Assembly: GCA_963730185.1 (NCBI GenBank)
Contig: CAVSQW010000015.1
Span: forward strand, 224,001-288,000
DNA from: an uncultured Gemmatimonadales bacterium
GTDB taxonomy: Bacteria; Gemmatimonadota; Gemmatimonadetes; Gemmatimonadales; GWC2-71-9
Reading direction: 5' to 3'
Length of the DNA stretch: 64,000 bases
The notes under the pieces are model-generated. The model made no database searches, had not been told where the DNA came from, and was given only the letters and a program-made list of their open reading frames with translations. Both the position numbers and the translations under genes were made by a program. Positions 1-9,741 of the stretch are shown one piece after another. Position 1 is the first letter of the stretch. Each line of letters starts with the position of its first letter.

Positions 1-1
1 C

Positions 2-373
2 CTCTTGTTCAGCTACTTCTACACCTCGATCATCTTCAATTCGGTCGATCTGTCGGAGAACCTGAAGAAGCAGGGCGGCTTCATCCCGGGGGTGAAGCCC
101 GGCGCGGCCACGGCCGACTACATCGACCAGGTGCTGGCCCGGGTCACGCTGCCGGGCGCCATCTTCCTGGCTGCCATCTCCATCATCCCAATCCTGATCG
201 GCAAACAGGTGGGCTACCAGTCCACCTTCGGCGGGACCTCCGTTCTGATCGTGGTGGGCGTGCTTCTCGACACCATCGCCCAGATCGAGCAGCACCGGAC
301 CCTCCGGAAGTACGACAGCTTCATGAAGACGGGTCGGGTGAAGTTCCGAGGTCGCCAGCAACGGTTCATCTGA
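2..373 (+). CDS. secY: Preprotein translocase SecY, C-terminal part (5' truncated by window)
   Basis: ENLKKQGGFIPGVKPG and FGGTSVLIVVGV motifs; upstream of adk-map. Confidence 0.97.
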   Translation, partial: LLFSYFYTSIIFNSVDLSENLKKQGGFIPGVKPGAATADYIDQVLARVTLPGAIFLAAISIIPILIGKQVGYQSTFGGTSVLIVVGVLLDTIAQIEQHRTLRKYDSFMKTGRVKFRGRQQRFI

Positions 374-410
374 GCGTCGAGCGAAGGCGCAGGCAGTAGG
401 CAGTGAACCA

Positions 411-496
411 GGGAGTAGGGTCCGTCGGCCCCTACTCCCTACTCCCTACTCCCTACTCCCTCCCTACTCACCACTCACCAGTCACGACTCCCTACC
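411..496. repeat. Heptamer tandem repeat (CCCTACT x4 plus degenerate units) with upstream inverted copy GGGAGTAGGG
   Basis: CCCTACT at 430-457 and 462-468, then CACCACT, CACCAGT, CACGACT, CCCTACC directly before the adk ATG. Confidence 0.9.
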
Positions 497-1060
497 ATGG
501 ATCTCCTCCTTCTCGGCCCTCCCGGCGCCGGCAAAGGCACCCAGGGCGCCATTCTCGCCGAGCGGCTGGGCATTCCGAAGATTGCGACCGGCGATCTGCT
601 CCGCGAAGCCGTCCGCCTGGGAACGCCCCTCGGGCTCGAGGCCAAGGCCGTGATGGAGTCGGGGCGGCTGGTGAGCGACGACCTGATCATGGGGATCGTC
701 CGTGAGGAGCTGGTCACCCCGGCCGCGAAGCAGGGGGTCATCTTCGACGGGGTGGTGCGCACCATTCCCCAGGCCGAGGGGGTCGAGCGGCTCCTGGGCG
801 AGCTGGGGCGGAAGATGGACCAGGTGCTGTTCTTCGACGTCACCGACCGCGAGATCCTGGCCCGGATCGACAAGCGGCGGAGCGTCGAGGGCCGGGCCGA
901 CGACGACCCCCTGGCGGTCCAGCGCCGCCTGGTGGCCTACCGGGAGCAGACCGCACCGGTCCTGGCCTGGTACGAGGTCCGGGGCGGCGTGACCAAGGTC
1001 CCGGCCGTCGGCACGGTCGAGGAGATCGCCGAGCGGGTCCGTCGGGCCCTCGGGGTCTGA
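497..1060 (+). CDS. adk: Adenylate kinase (short LID type)
   Basis: LLGPPGAGKGTQ P-loop, TGDLLR, GRADD; secY-adk-map synteny. Confidence 0.97.
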   Translation: MDLLLLGPPGAGKGTQGAILAERLGIPKIATGDLLREAVRLGTPLGLEAKAVMESGRLVSDDLIMGIVREELVTPAAKQGVIFDGVVRTIPQAEGVERLLGELGRKMDQVLFFDVTDREILARIDKRRSVEGRADDDPLAVQRRLVAYREQTAPVLAWYEVRGGVTKVPAVGTVEEIAERVRRALGV

Positions 1061-1083
1061 CGACTCGATTAGATTGTGGACGT

Positions 1084-1839
1084 ATGCTGACCCTGAAATC
1101 CCCCCGCGAGATCGACACGATGGCCCAGGCCGGCGCCATCGTGCACCAGACGTTGGAGCTCTGCCGCTCCCTCGTCCGGCCCGGCCTCACGACGGAAGAC
1201 CTCGACCGTGAGGCCGAGAAGTTCATCCGGAGCCACCCGGGGGCCACGCCGTCGTTCAAGGGGCTCTACGGTTTCCCCAAGAGCCTTTGCATCTCGATCA
1301 ACGAAGAGGTGGTGCACGGGATTCCCTCGCCCAAGCGGACCCTCCGCGAGGGGAACATCGTGAGCATCGACTGCGGGGTCTGCATCGACGGCTTCCATGC
1401 CGACTCGGCCACCACGGTGGCGGTCGGGTCGGCCAGCGACGAGACCCGGCACTTCCTCGAAATCACCCAGCGCGCCCTGGCGGCCGGGATCGAGCAGACC
1501 CGCCTCGGCAACCACATCGGCGACATCGGTCACGCCATCCAGAGCTTGGTGGAGCAGGAGGGCTACGGCGTCATCCGCGAGCTGGTGGGGCACGGGGTCG
1601 GGACCCGGATGCACGAGGATCCGCAGGTCCCCAACCACGGCAAGCCCAAGCGGGGCGGCCGGCTGCTCGAGGGGATGACCATCGCGATCGAGCCGATGAT
1701 CACCATGGGCGACTACAAGACCCGCGTCCTCGCCGACAAGTGGACGGTGGTGACCGTCGACGGCTCCCTTGCCGCCCACTTCGAGCACACGGTGGCGGTG
1801 ACCAAGGACGGTCCTCGGATCCTCACCCTGGCCGCCTAG
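1084..1839 (+). CDS. map: Methionine aminopeptidase type I
   Basis: SINEEVVHGIP, GHGVG, HEDP, AIEPM, AHFEHTV. Confidence 0.98.
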   Translation: MLTLKSPREIDTMAQAGAIVHQTLELCRSLVRPGLTTEDLDREAEKFIRSHPGATPSFKGLYGFPKSLCISINEEVVHGIPSPKRTLREGNIVSIDCGVCIDGFHADSATTVAVGSASDETRHFLEITQRALAAGIEQTRLGNHIGDIGHAIQSLVEQEGYGVIRELVGHGVGTRMHEDPQVPNHGKPKRGGRLLEGMTIAIEPMITMGDYKTRVLADKWTVVTVDGSLAAHFEHTVAVTKDGPRILTLAA

Positions 1840-1846
1840 CTCGGCC

Positions 1847-2641
1847 CTACCCGTCCGTCCGCCCGAGCTCCTCCAGGAGCCACCGTTGGATCGCGGGGTT
1901 GCCCGCCACCACCGGCGTGTGCTCGGGCCCGATCTCACGGCCGTCGAGGTCGGTCGCCACGCCGCCGGCCTCCCGCACCAGCAGCAGCCCGGCCGCGATG
2001 TCCCAGGGGGCCAGCACCAGCTCCCAGAACCCGTCGAACGTGCCCGCCGCCACCCAGGCCAGGTCCAGCGCCGCGGAGCCCGCGCGCCGGATGCCGCTGG
2101 TCTGCCGGAGCACCCGGGCGAACTGGTTCTGGTAACCCGGCAGGAGGTCGAGCCGCTTGAAAGGGTAGCCGGTGCCGATCAGCGCGTGGGCCGGCGCGCC
2201 GATCCGGGACACCGCGAGGCGGCGCTCGTCGCACCAGGCCCCGCCGCCCCGCCCGGCGTGGTAGGCCCGGCCGGTCTCGACGTCGAGCACCACGCCGGCC
2301 TGGAGCACTCCGTCCAGGGTGGCCCCGATCGACACCGCCACGGCCGGAAAGCCGTGCAGGAAGTTGGTGGTCCCGTCGATCGGATCGACGATCCAGACCA
2401 GCCCGTCGCGAAGCAGCTCCGGCGCGAGCTCCTCGCCGACCACTTGGGAGCCGGGCGCGCCGGCCAGCAGGGCTTCCCGGATGATCTCCTCGCTCCGGCG
2501 GTCCGACGCCGTCACGAAGTCGCTGGTGCCTTTGGTCGTCCACTGCGACGGGTCACGAGGGCGTTCGGTGCTCAGGAGGAAGGCGCGGGCCTTCCGGGCG
2601 GCCGCGACGGCCAGGCGGGCGAGCTCGGTGGGTGTCGTCAT
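1847..2641 (-). CDS. suhB: Inositol monophosphatase family protein (SuhB-like)
   Basis: WIVDPIDGTTNF, GSAALDL, PWDIAAG. Confidence 0.92.
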   Translation of the reverse strand: MTTPTELARLAVAAARKARAFLLSTERPRDPSQWTTKGTSDFVTASDRRSEEIIREALLAGAPGSQVVGEELAPELLRDGLVWIVDPIDGTTNFLHGFPAVAVSIGATLDGVLQAGVVLDVETGRAYHAGRGGGAWCDERRLAVSRIGAPAHALIGTGYPFKRLDLLPGYQNQFARVLRQTSGIRRAGSAALDLAWVAAGTFDGFWELVLAPWDIAAGLLLVREAGGVATDLDGREIGPEHTPVVAGNPAIQRWLLEELGRTDG

Positions 2642-2673
2642 CCGAGAAAGATAACTCCAACTCCCGCTTGAGC

Positions 2674-2702
2674 TTGCAGGAGCGCTTCCGGCCCGCTAGC
2701 TT
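2674..2702 (+). promoter_or_regulatory. Putative sigma70 promoter for trpS
   Basis: TTGCAG-N17-TAGCTT about 25 bp before the ATG. Confidence 0.5.
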
Positions 2703-2726
2703 GACCGGGTTCTCGAGGATTTTTTC

Positions 2727-3724
2727 ATGGATCGCGTCTTTTCTGGTATTCAGCCGACCGGCGAGCTGCACATCGGCAACTGGCTCGGCGCGGTAAAGAA
2801 CTGGGTCGAGCTGCAGGATCGCTTCGACTGTCTTTACTGCGTCGTGGATCTGCACGTGCTCACCGTGAAGTACGACCCGGCGGTGTTGGCCGACCGGACT
2901 CGCGACATGGCGGTGAGCCTGCTGGCCGCGGGGATCGACCCCGACCGGGCCATCGCTGTTCGTGCAATCGCAGGTGCCCGAGCATACCCGGCTCGAGTGG
3001 TTCTTCACCAGCGTCGTGGGCATTGGCGAGCTGGAGCGGATGACGCAGTTCAAGGACAAGGCGACTCGGATGGAGCGGATCCCGGCGAGTCTGCTCCTCT
3101 ACCCGGTGCTCCAGGCCGCGGACATCCTGCTCTACCGGGCCAACAAGGTGCCGGTCGGAGAAGACCAGGTGCAGCACCTCGAGCTGTCCCGCGACATCGC
3201 CCGGAGCTGGAATGCCGGGTTCTCGCCCGACGACCCTTACTTCCCGGAGCCGGCCGCGCTGCTGACACCGGCCAAGCGGATCCTGGGCCTCGACGGGGAG
3301 GCGAAGATGTCCAAGAGTCTCGGGAACACGATCGCGGTGTCGGAGTCGGCCGACGAGATCTGGGCGAAACTCCGGCCGGCCAAGACCGATCCGGCCCGGA
3401 AGACCCGGAAGGATCCCGGCGACCCGGCCAAGTGCAACGTCTATCACGCTCCACCAGAACTTCTCGCCGCCGGCGACCGTGGCGGAGGTCGACGTGAACT
3501 GTCGCACGGCGGGCTGGGGATGTCTGGATTGCAAGAAGGTCCTGGCGGAACACATGGAGCGGGAGCTGGCCCCGATTCGGGAGCGCGGGCGGGAGCTGGC
3601 GGCCGATCGCCCGCGGGTGGACCGGATCATCGCGAACGGCGCGGAGCGGGCCCGGGCCATCGCCCGGGAGACGATGCGGGAGGTGGAGCGCCGGATGGGC
3701 TTCCTCCCCGTGGTCGAGCCCTGA
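2727..3724 (+). CDS. trpS: Tryptophan--tRNA ligase (two apparent +1 indels near 2954 and 3445, probably sequencing errors)
   Basis: [35 protein letters not shown] and GCLDCKK spread over three frames. Confidence 0.95.
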
Positions 3725-4803
3725 TGTCGTCCTCGTCGTCGGCGCCGATCGAGCGAATCATCAAGGCCGCGGTGGACCGGGGTGCGTCCGACCTGCACAT
3801 CAAGGCGGGCGACCTCTTTCGGGCCCGGATCGACGGCAAGCTGGTGCCGCTCACCAAGCAGCGGCTCACCCCGGCCCAGACTCGCGCCATCGCCGCCAAG
3901 CTGCTCCCGACCGACGAGGACCGGGGCCGACTCGAGGCGATCAAGGACTTCGATTGCTCCTGGGGGCTGGCCTGGCGTGGGGCGCTTCCGGGTCAACGTG
4001 CTCCGGCAGCGCTCCAGCTTCATGATCGTGATGCGGGTGATCCCGTTCGCGGTGCCCACCCTGGAAGAGCTGGCGCTGCCCGACACGTTGAACCGGCTGA
4101 TCGAGGCGCCGTCGGGGACTAATTCTGGTGAGCGGCGTGACCGGGAGCGGCAAGAGCTCGACCATCGCCGCGATGCTGCACCACCTGAACCAGACCCAGC
4201 ACCGGCACATCATCACGATCGAGGACCCGATCGAGTACCTCCACCGGGACATCGGGTGCTCGGTGACCCAGCGTGAGGTCGGGATCGACACCGCGTCGCT
4301 TCAAGTGGGCCTCCGGGCGGCCCTCCGGCAGGACCCGGACGTGATCGTGGCGGGCGACATCCACGACCCCGACGCGCTCGACACCGCGATCAAGGCGGCC
4401 GAGACCGGCACCCTGGTGGTCGGCGTGATCCACGCCCCGGACGTGGTGGCCACCGTGAGCCAGGTGCTGGCCATGCTGCCGACCGCCGAGCGGGCCATCG
4501 GCCGGCTCCGGTTCGCGGAGGCCCTCGGGGCGGTGGTGGCACAGCAGCTCGTGCCGCGAAAGGGGGGAGGGACGGGTGCCCGCAGTGGAGCTCCTGGTCG
4601 CGACTCCGGAGGTCCGAGAGGCGCTGCGCGACGGCGAAAGGATCGACGACCTCCGCGGGCTGATGACCAAGGCCGCGGGGAAGTCCGGCATGCAGACCTT
4701 TGGCCAGCACCTGAGCCAGTTGGCCAAGGCGGGAACCATCACCGCCGAGACGGCGAAGGCCGCCTCCGGCGAGCCCGAGACCCAGGGGAAGGGAAGGCGC
4801 TGA
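3724..4803 (+). CDS. PilT/PilU-family ATPase paralog with degenerate Walker B and His box (apparent indels near 3970, 4118, 4570)
   Basis: GASDLHIKAG, GRFRVNV, GVTGSGKSST, TIEDPIEY, QREVG, ALRQDPDVI, GMQTF across frames. Confidence 0.88.
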
Positions 4804-4804
4804 C

Positions 4805-6085
4805 ATGTTCGGATCGGGTTCGCGCTGTGTCGTGGTGGTTGGCTCGCAGTGGGGCGACGAGGGGAAAGGCAAGCTCGTCGACGTCCTCTCCGAGCAGGCC
4901 GACCTCGTGGTCCGCTATCAAGGTGGGGCCAACGCGGGGCATACCGTGGTGATCGGCGATTCCCAGTTCATTCTCCGCCAGATCCCGAGCGGCGTCCTTC
5001 ACCCCAACACGGTCTGCATCCTCGGCAACGGGGTGGTGCTCGATCCGGATGGTCTGTTCGGCGAGCTGGACGGCCTGGCGGAGCGGGGGATCCGGCCCGA
5101 GGGACGGGTGTTCGTGTCGGATCGCGCCCACCTGGTGCTGCCCTACCACAAGCTGCTCGACGCGGCCCTCGAACGCCGCCTCAACATCGGCACCACCCGC
5201 CGGGGCATCGGGCCGGCCTATGAGGACAAGTACGGCCGCCGGGGCATCCGGGCCGGCCTGCTGGGCCAGCCGGCCCGGGTGGCCGAGCTGGTCCGGGAGC
5301 GGGTGGAGTGGGCCAACGAGCTCCTGGCCTTGGTCGGCCTCGAGGAGCGTGCCTCGGCCGACGAGCATGTGGCCCTCCTGGAGCGCTGGGCGCCGCGCCT
5401 GCTGCCGCTGGTGACCGACACCGGTCTTCTGATTCACCGGGGCCTCAAGGACGGCAAGCGGGTGCTCCTGGAGGGCGCCCAGGGCGCTCTCCTGGACGTG
5501 GATCACGGGACCTACCCCTTCGTCACCTCGTCCAACACCACGTCCGGTGGCGCGGCCGTGGGGGCCGCCATCGGGCCCACGATGATCGACGGGGTGATCG
5601 GTGTCGTGAAAGCCTACACCACCCGGGTGGGTAACGGCCCCCTCCCGACCCTGGCCGAGCCGGCCACGGAGGAGCGGCTCCGGCAGATCGGCCACGAGTT
5701 CGGGGCCGTCACCGGCCGCCCCCGGCGCTGCGGCTGGTTCGACACGGTGGTGGTTCGCTACGCCGCCCGGGTCAACGGACTCACCGCGCTGGCCGTGACC
5801 AAGCTCGACGTGCTCGACGCCTTCGACCGGATCCCGATCGGCGTCGCCTACGAGCTTGACGGCCAACGGGTCGCGAGCATGCCGTCGGACGTGTCGGTGC
5901 TGGAGCGGGTCACCCCGGTGTTCGAGACGATGGAGGGCTGGCGGGCCAGCACCGCCGACGCCCGCTCGCTCGCCGACCTGCCCAAGGCCGCCCGGGCCTA
6001 CCTGGACCGGCTTCAGGCCCTGGCCGAGACGCCGGTCAAGTATGTGAGCGTGGGGACGAGGCGGGATCAGATCATCGAGGTGTGA
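4805..6085 (+). CDS. purA: Adenylosuccinate synthetase
   Basis: QWGDEGKGK, GGANAGHT, EGAQG, GTYPFVTSSN, TGRPRRCGWFD. Confidence 0.99.
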   Translation: MFGSGSRCVVVVGSQWGDEGKGKLVDVLSEQADLVVRYQGGANAGHTVVIGDSQFILRQIPSGVLHPNTVCILGNGVVLDPDGLFGELDGLAERGIRPEGRVFVSDRAHLVLPYHKLLDAALERRLNIGTTRRGIGPAYEDKYGRRGIRAGLLGQPARVAELVRERVEWANELLALVGLEERASADEHVALLERWAPRLLPLVTDTGLLIHRGLKDGKRVLLEGAQGALLDVDHGTYPFVTSSNTTSGGAAVGAAIGPTMIDGVIGVVKAYTTRVGNGPLPTLAEPATEERLRQIGHEFGAVTGRPRRCGWFDTVVVRYAARVNGLTALAVTKLDVLDAFDRIPIGVAYELDGQRVASMPSDVSVLERVTPVFETMEGWRASTADARSLADLPKAARAYLDRLQALAETPVKYVSVGTRRDQIIEV

Positions 6086-6095
6086 GGGGAGACGG

Positions 6096-6132
6096 GGAGA
6101 GACGGGGAGGGGAACCGCCCCCCCGTTTCTCC
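6096..6132. terminator. GC-rich hairpin between convergent purA and pilX-like genes
   Basis: GGAGAGACGGGG ... CCCCGTTTCTCC inverted repeat within a purine-then-pyrimidine low-complexity spacer; no U-tract. Confidence 0.45.
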
Positions 6133-6176
6133 AACCCACCGCGTCCCTCCCAACCCTCCCCATTCCCATCCCTCCC

Positions 6177-8126
6177 TTACCTCGACTGCAGCTCGCGGAA
6201 GTAGTTGTCCACGCCGGTCTGGTTGAGCCACACCGGATCGATCTCGTAATACCGGCTCTTGACGTAGCGGCCGGTGGTCGGGAAGTACGGCGGCGGGTTG
6301 GTGGCGCCGCAGGGGTCGTAGGCGTGGGCCTCGGCCCAACCGGACGCGTTCGAGTAGCCGATCGGCCAGTAGGTCCACCAGTCGATCCGGCCCAGCGACA
6401 TCCCGCCTGTGATCCGGATGCAGCCCGAGGGGGCGTTGGCGCAGCGCTGGCCGGTGATGCTCGGGATGGCCGGGCTGGGCGGGCCGGAATACACCGAGAT
6501 GCCCGGGATGTCGCCACCCCAGTTGCCGAGGGCCAGCAGGAACATGTTGTAGTTGGCGTCGGCGGGGGTGTCGTCGTAGAGGCCGACATAGGTGCCGTTG
6601 ACCTTGAACGGGACCTGGAGATTATTGTCCTGGATCACGATGTTGCCGGCGGCCAGGGCGCCGAAGATGTCGCCGGTCTCGGTGCAGTTGGTGCCGGCCG
6701 CGGTCCAGTACTGGAAGTCGTCCTGGAGCACGATGTTGCCGGTCGCGACCACCGAGACGCGCCCCCGGAGCCGGCCGCTGATGGCCACGTCGCCGGTGAC
6801 GTAGAGGACACCCTTGAAGTTCGGGTTCTTGCCGAGAGGAATCCAGTACTCGGCGTCGCCGCCGGTGGCGATCGGGTTCCGGACGGTGGTGACGGAGGCG
6901 TCCGGGCCCAGTCGCCGGCGCACCCACTTGCCGCCGACGCCGGCAACCAACCCGGCGTTCACGACGGCCGAGTCGGCCAGCAGGGAGTCACCGGTCACGG
7001 CGGTAAAGAGCCGTGGGTCGCCGCCCAGAAAGCAGCGGCGGCTGCCCGCGGTAAGCGCCGCGCGGGCCGCGGCCCGGCCGAGGGCGGCGGTGCCGGGAGC
7101 ATTGTAGGCGGTCCGGGCAGAGACGAAGACGCCGCTGACATAGTCGCCGCAGTTGGGCGACACCATGTTGGGGTCGTCGGACCAGGTGGTGCCCGACGGG
7201 GCGTTGGGCCAGCGCCGTCCGTTGACGTAGGCCAGCGACGAGTCATCGGTCGCCAGGCACTTGAAGACCCGGACGTACCCCTCGTCCCACTCGATCACCC
7301 CGTCGCCGTTCGAGTCGAGCACCGCGAAGTCGAGCCGGGTGCAGGGCCGGTTGAGCCCCGTATTACCGCCGGTGATGTCGTAGTCGCCGCCGACCACATC
7401 GGCGTCCTGAGCGTACTGCTGCATCAGCCCGAGCTGAGCCGAGGTCGGCCAGGCCAGGGGCTGGACGCCGGTGGCATACCCGGCCATGAAGTTGCCCGAG
7501 CTCACGCTGCTGATGGAGTTCACCACCTGCACCGGACCCGCGAAGTCGATCTTGGGGCTGGAGCAGCCGCTCTGGAGCTGGAGCTTGTCGTTGGAGAAGA
7601 AGGGGCCGCTGATGGACTCGCCGCAGCCGTACATGACCCCGCTGTTGCTCCAGAGGTTGATCGCCACCGCGAACCGCGACCAGGACTCCTGCGAGTAGAG
7701 CCCCCGCCGGGCGGCCACCGACCCTCGGGTGTCGTTGATGATCGAGACGATGCTCATGAAGTTGCTGCCGTACTGCCCCGAGGTGGCGGGGCCGCCGGTC
7801 CGGCCGCCGGTCTTGCCGGCGTAGACGGAGCGGGTGTAACCGGGGATCGTGTTTCCCTGCGCGTCGGTGATGGTCGAGGCGGAGAGAATGTCGATCTTGC
7901 CGGTGTCGGGCAGCACCGTCAGGGCCCGGTTGATCGAGTCGCGGGCGATCTCGAGTCCGGCGTCGGCGAGCGAGTGAAGGGCGGCTTCCTTGGCGGTGAA
8001 CTTCGCCGTCAGGGTGCCGCTCCCGGCGATCATGACGCCGCCCATCGCGAGCCCCGCGATCGCCAAGGTAATTAGCAGCGCCAGAATCAGCGCGACGCCG
8101 CGTTCGTTGCGAATGATGGATCGCAT
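6177..8126 (-). CDS. PilX/GspK-like minor pilin with large Cys-containing C-terminal domain
   Basis: RNERG|VALILALL class III signal without Glu5; AGGAG before ATG 8126 (alternative start 8153); DSNGDG motif. Confidence 0.8.
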   Translation of the reverse strand: MRSIIRNERGVALILALLITLAIAGLAMGGVMIAGSGTLTAKFTAKEAALHSLADAGLEIARDSINRALTVLPDTGKIDILSASTITDAQGNTIPGYTRSVYAGKTGGRTGGPATSGQYGSNFMSIVSIINDTRGSVAARRGLYSQESWSRFAVAINLWSNSGVMYGCGESISGPFFSNDKLQLQSGCSSPKIDFAGPVQVVNSISSVSSGNFMAGYATGVQPLAWPTSAQLGLMQQYAQDADVVGGDYDITGGNTGLNRPCTRLDFAVLDSNGDGVIEWDEGYVRVFKCLATDDSSLAYVNGRRWPNAPSGTTWSDDPNMVSPNCGDYVSGVFVSARTAYNAPGTAALGRAAARAALTAGSRRCFLGGDPRLFTAVTGDSLLADSAVVNAGLVAGVGGKWVRRRLGPDASVTTVRNPIATGGDAEYWIPLGKNPNFKGVLYVTGDVAISGRLRGRVSVVATGNIVLQDDFQYWTAAGTNCTETGDIFGALAAGNIVIQDNNLQVPFKVNGTYVGLYDDTPADANYNMFLLALGNWGGDIPGISVYSGPPSPAIPSITGQRCANAPSGCIRITGGMSLGRIDWWTYWPIGYSNASGWAEAHAYDPCGATNPPPYFPTTGRYVKSRYYEIDPVWLNQTGVDNYFRELQSR

Positions 8127-8149
8127 GGTGGGGATCTCCTCGGAGCCGC

Positions 8150-9349
8150 TCATGGCGCGGTTTGGGTCACCTGGACCAGGGTGGAGGTCGCAGGGGTGCA
8201 GTCCTGCGCCGCAATCGCGAAGTCGTAGGCCGCCCCGCTCGTGAGCCCCGCGATCGGGATGTTGTACGCCGTGGTGGTGTCGGCCTTGACCATGATCAGC
8301 GGATCCCGCCAGACCGTGGCGGTGTCGTCGCGCTGGTACAGGATGTACTGGCGGACGTCGTACTCACCGGCGTGATCGTCGGGTGAGCGGTTCCAGCTGA
8401 GGTAGATTAGCCCGCCGCCCGGAATGGTGTCCTGGGTGGCGGCGAAGTTCAGCGGTGCGAACGGCGCGCGCCCACACACGTTCGGCGACGGCAGCCCGTT
8501 GTTGGGCACCTCGATCAGCTGGCTGAAGAGCCGGGTCCGCTGAGCCGAGCCGGTGTCGCCGTTGGTGATCCGGATGTTGATCCGGACCGCCCGGACGCTG
8601 TCCGGTCGGACCTTCATGGCGGTATCGGCCGGGGTGTCGCCGGCCTGGGGCCACTGACGCTTGAGGGGCAGGAGCGAGCCGGAGGCGATCAGCATGGTGT
8701 CGGCGCCGCTGCTCAGCCGCCGGGCCAGGAAATACTCGAAGAAGGGCCGCCCCGGATAGGCCAGGACGTTCCGCGAGACCACCGAGCCGGCGCTGCCGTT
8801 GGTCCGCTCCCAGAGGATGTAGTCGTCGGTCCGGGCGGTCGCGGTATCCGGCGCGAACCAGAAGATCTTGGTCTCGGCCAGGCTGACGGCCCCGTTGGCC
8901 TGGGTGTACGTCACCGCCGGATAGGTGTAGCTGGGCGACGAGGTCGGGATCGCGCTCGCCTGGGTGGCGTCCCACGCCTCGGCGTCGGCGGTCGACACGC
9001 TGGGATTGAAGTTCACCGCCCAGCGGTAGTTGGTGGTGTCGTTCTCGACGTAGTCCGTGTTGAAGGCCACGCCGTCGTTCCCGCCGTACACCAGCATCGG
9101 CTGCTGCCCGGTCACTCCGGCCCCCAGGGTGCGGAGGGTCCGCTCCACCTCGGTCACGGAGTAGCGGGCGTTTTGGAGGAGGTCGACTTTCTGGCTGCCG
9201 TTGATGAAGGCGCGGTTCTGGCTCTGGAAGAAGAGCACCGTGGTGCCCATGATCATGCTCATCACGATCAGCGTGACCAGGAGCTCGACCAGTGAGAAGC
9301 CGGCTCGGGGGTCGAGCGGGCGGCGCGGGGCGACGGGGCGTGGGCTCAT
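8150..9349 (-). CDS. PilW-like minor pilin with C-terminal fibronectin-III-like region
   Basis: AG|FSLVELLVTL prepilin motif; LSWNRS...Y...GLTSGAAYDFAIAA. Confidence 0.82.
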   Translation of the reverse strand: MSPRPVAPRRPLDPRAGFSLVELLVTLIVMSMIMGTTVLFFQSQNRAFINGSQKVDLLQNARYSVTEVERTLRTLGAGVTGQQPMLVYGGNDGVAFNTDYVENDTTNYRWAVNFNPSVSTADAEAWDATQASAIPTSSPSYTYPAVTYTQANGAVSLAETKIFWFAPDTATARTDDYILWERTNGSAGSVVSRNVLAYPGRPFFEYFLARRLSSGADTMLIASGSLLPLKRQWPQAGDTPADTAMKVRPDSVRAVRINIRITNGDTGSAQRTRLFSQLIEVPNNGLPSPNVCGRAPFAPLNFAATQDTIPGGGLIYLSWNRSPDDHAGEYDVRQYILYQRDDTATVWRDPLIMVKADTTTAYNIPIAGLTSGAAYDFAIAAQDCTPATSTLVQVTQTAP

Positions 9350-9741
9350 GGGCGCGCGATCACGGCGGTCAGACTCACCGTGTCCCTGATGACGGCGTTG
9401 GTGGCGAAGACCCGGACGGTGACGGTCGTCCGGTCGCGGGCCGGGCTCCCGCTCTGGTCCCGGGCGATGAAGGTCCGGCGCCGGATGTTCGGGTAGCCCG
9501 GAAAACCCGTGGTGTCGGCCCCGGCGCCGGTACCGTAGCGCGACACCAGCGTGGGGTAGCGAACGTCGCCCCGGATCAGCTCGAGCCGCTCCTTGGCGAT
9601 CGTGGTCATCGACGAGAGCATCGTGGCCTTGGTCGTGGCGTTCTGGTACTTGCCCATGAACTGGCCCAGACTGGTCACCGCGATGCTGAGCAGCACGACT
9701 GCGATCAGCACCTCGATCAGGGTGAAGCCACGCGTGTTCAT
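9346..9741 (-). CDS. PilV-like minor pilin
   Basis: MNTRG|FTLIEVLIAVVLL; ATG overlaps the upstream stop. Confidence 0.85.
   Translation of the reverse strand: MNTRGFTLIEVLIAVVLLSIAVTSLGQFMGKYQNATTKATMLSSMTTIAKERLELIRGDVRYPTLVSRYGTGAGADTTGFPGYPNIRRRTFIARDQSGSPARDRTTVTVRVFATNAVIRDTVSLTAVIARP

Noticed and set aside
430..496. Tandem repeats as a CRISPR array
   Set aside because: The units are 7 nt with no spacers, and there are no cas genes.
403..705. ORF with SLLPTPYSLP repeats (also 56179-57081 minus)
   Set aside because: These are translations of the heptamer repeat and overlap real genes out of frame.
2727..4803. Multiple frameshifts in trpS and the pilT paralog as programmed frameshifting or pseudogenes
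   Set aside because: They are single extra bases with no consistent slippery site. trpS is normally essential and its motifs are intact. The same pattern recurs in nrdJ and the TIGR00300-like gene, so consensus errors are the likeliest cause.
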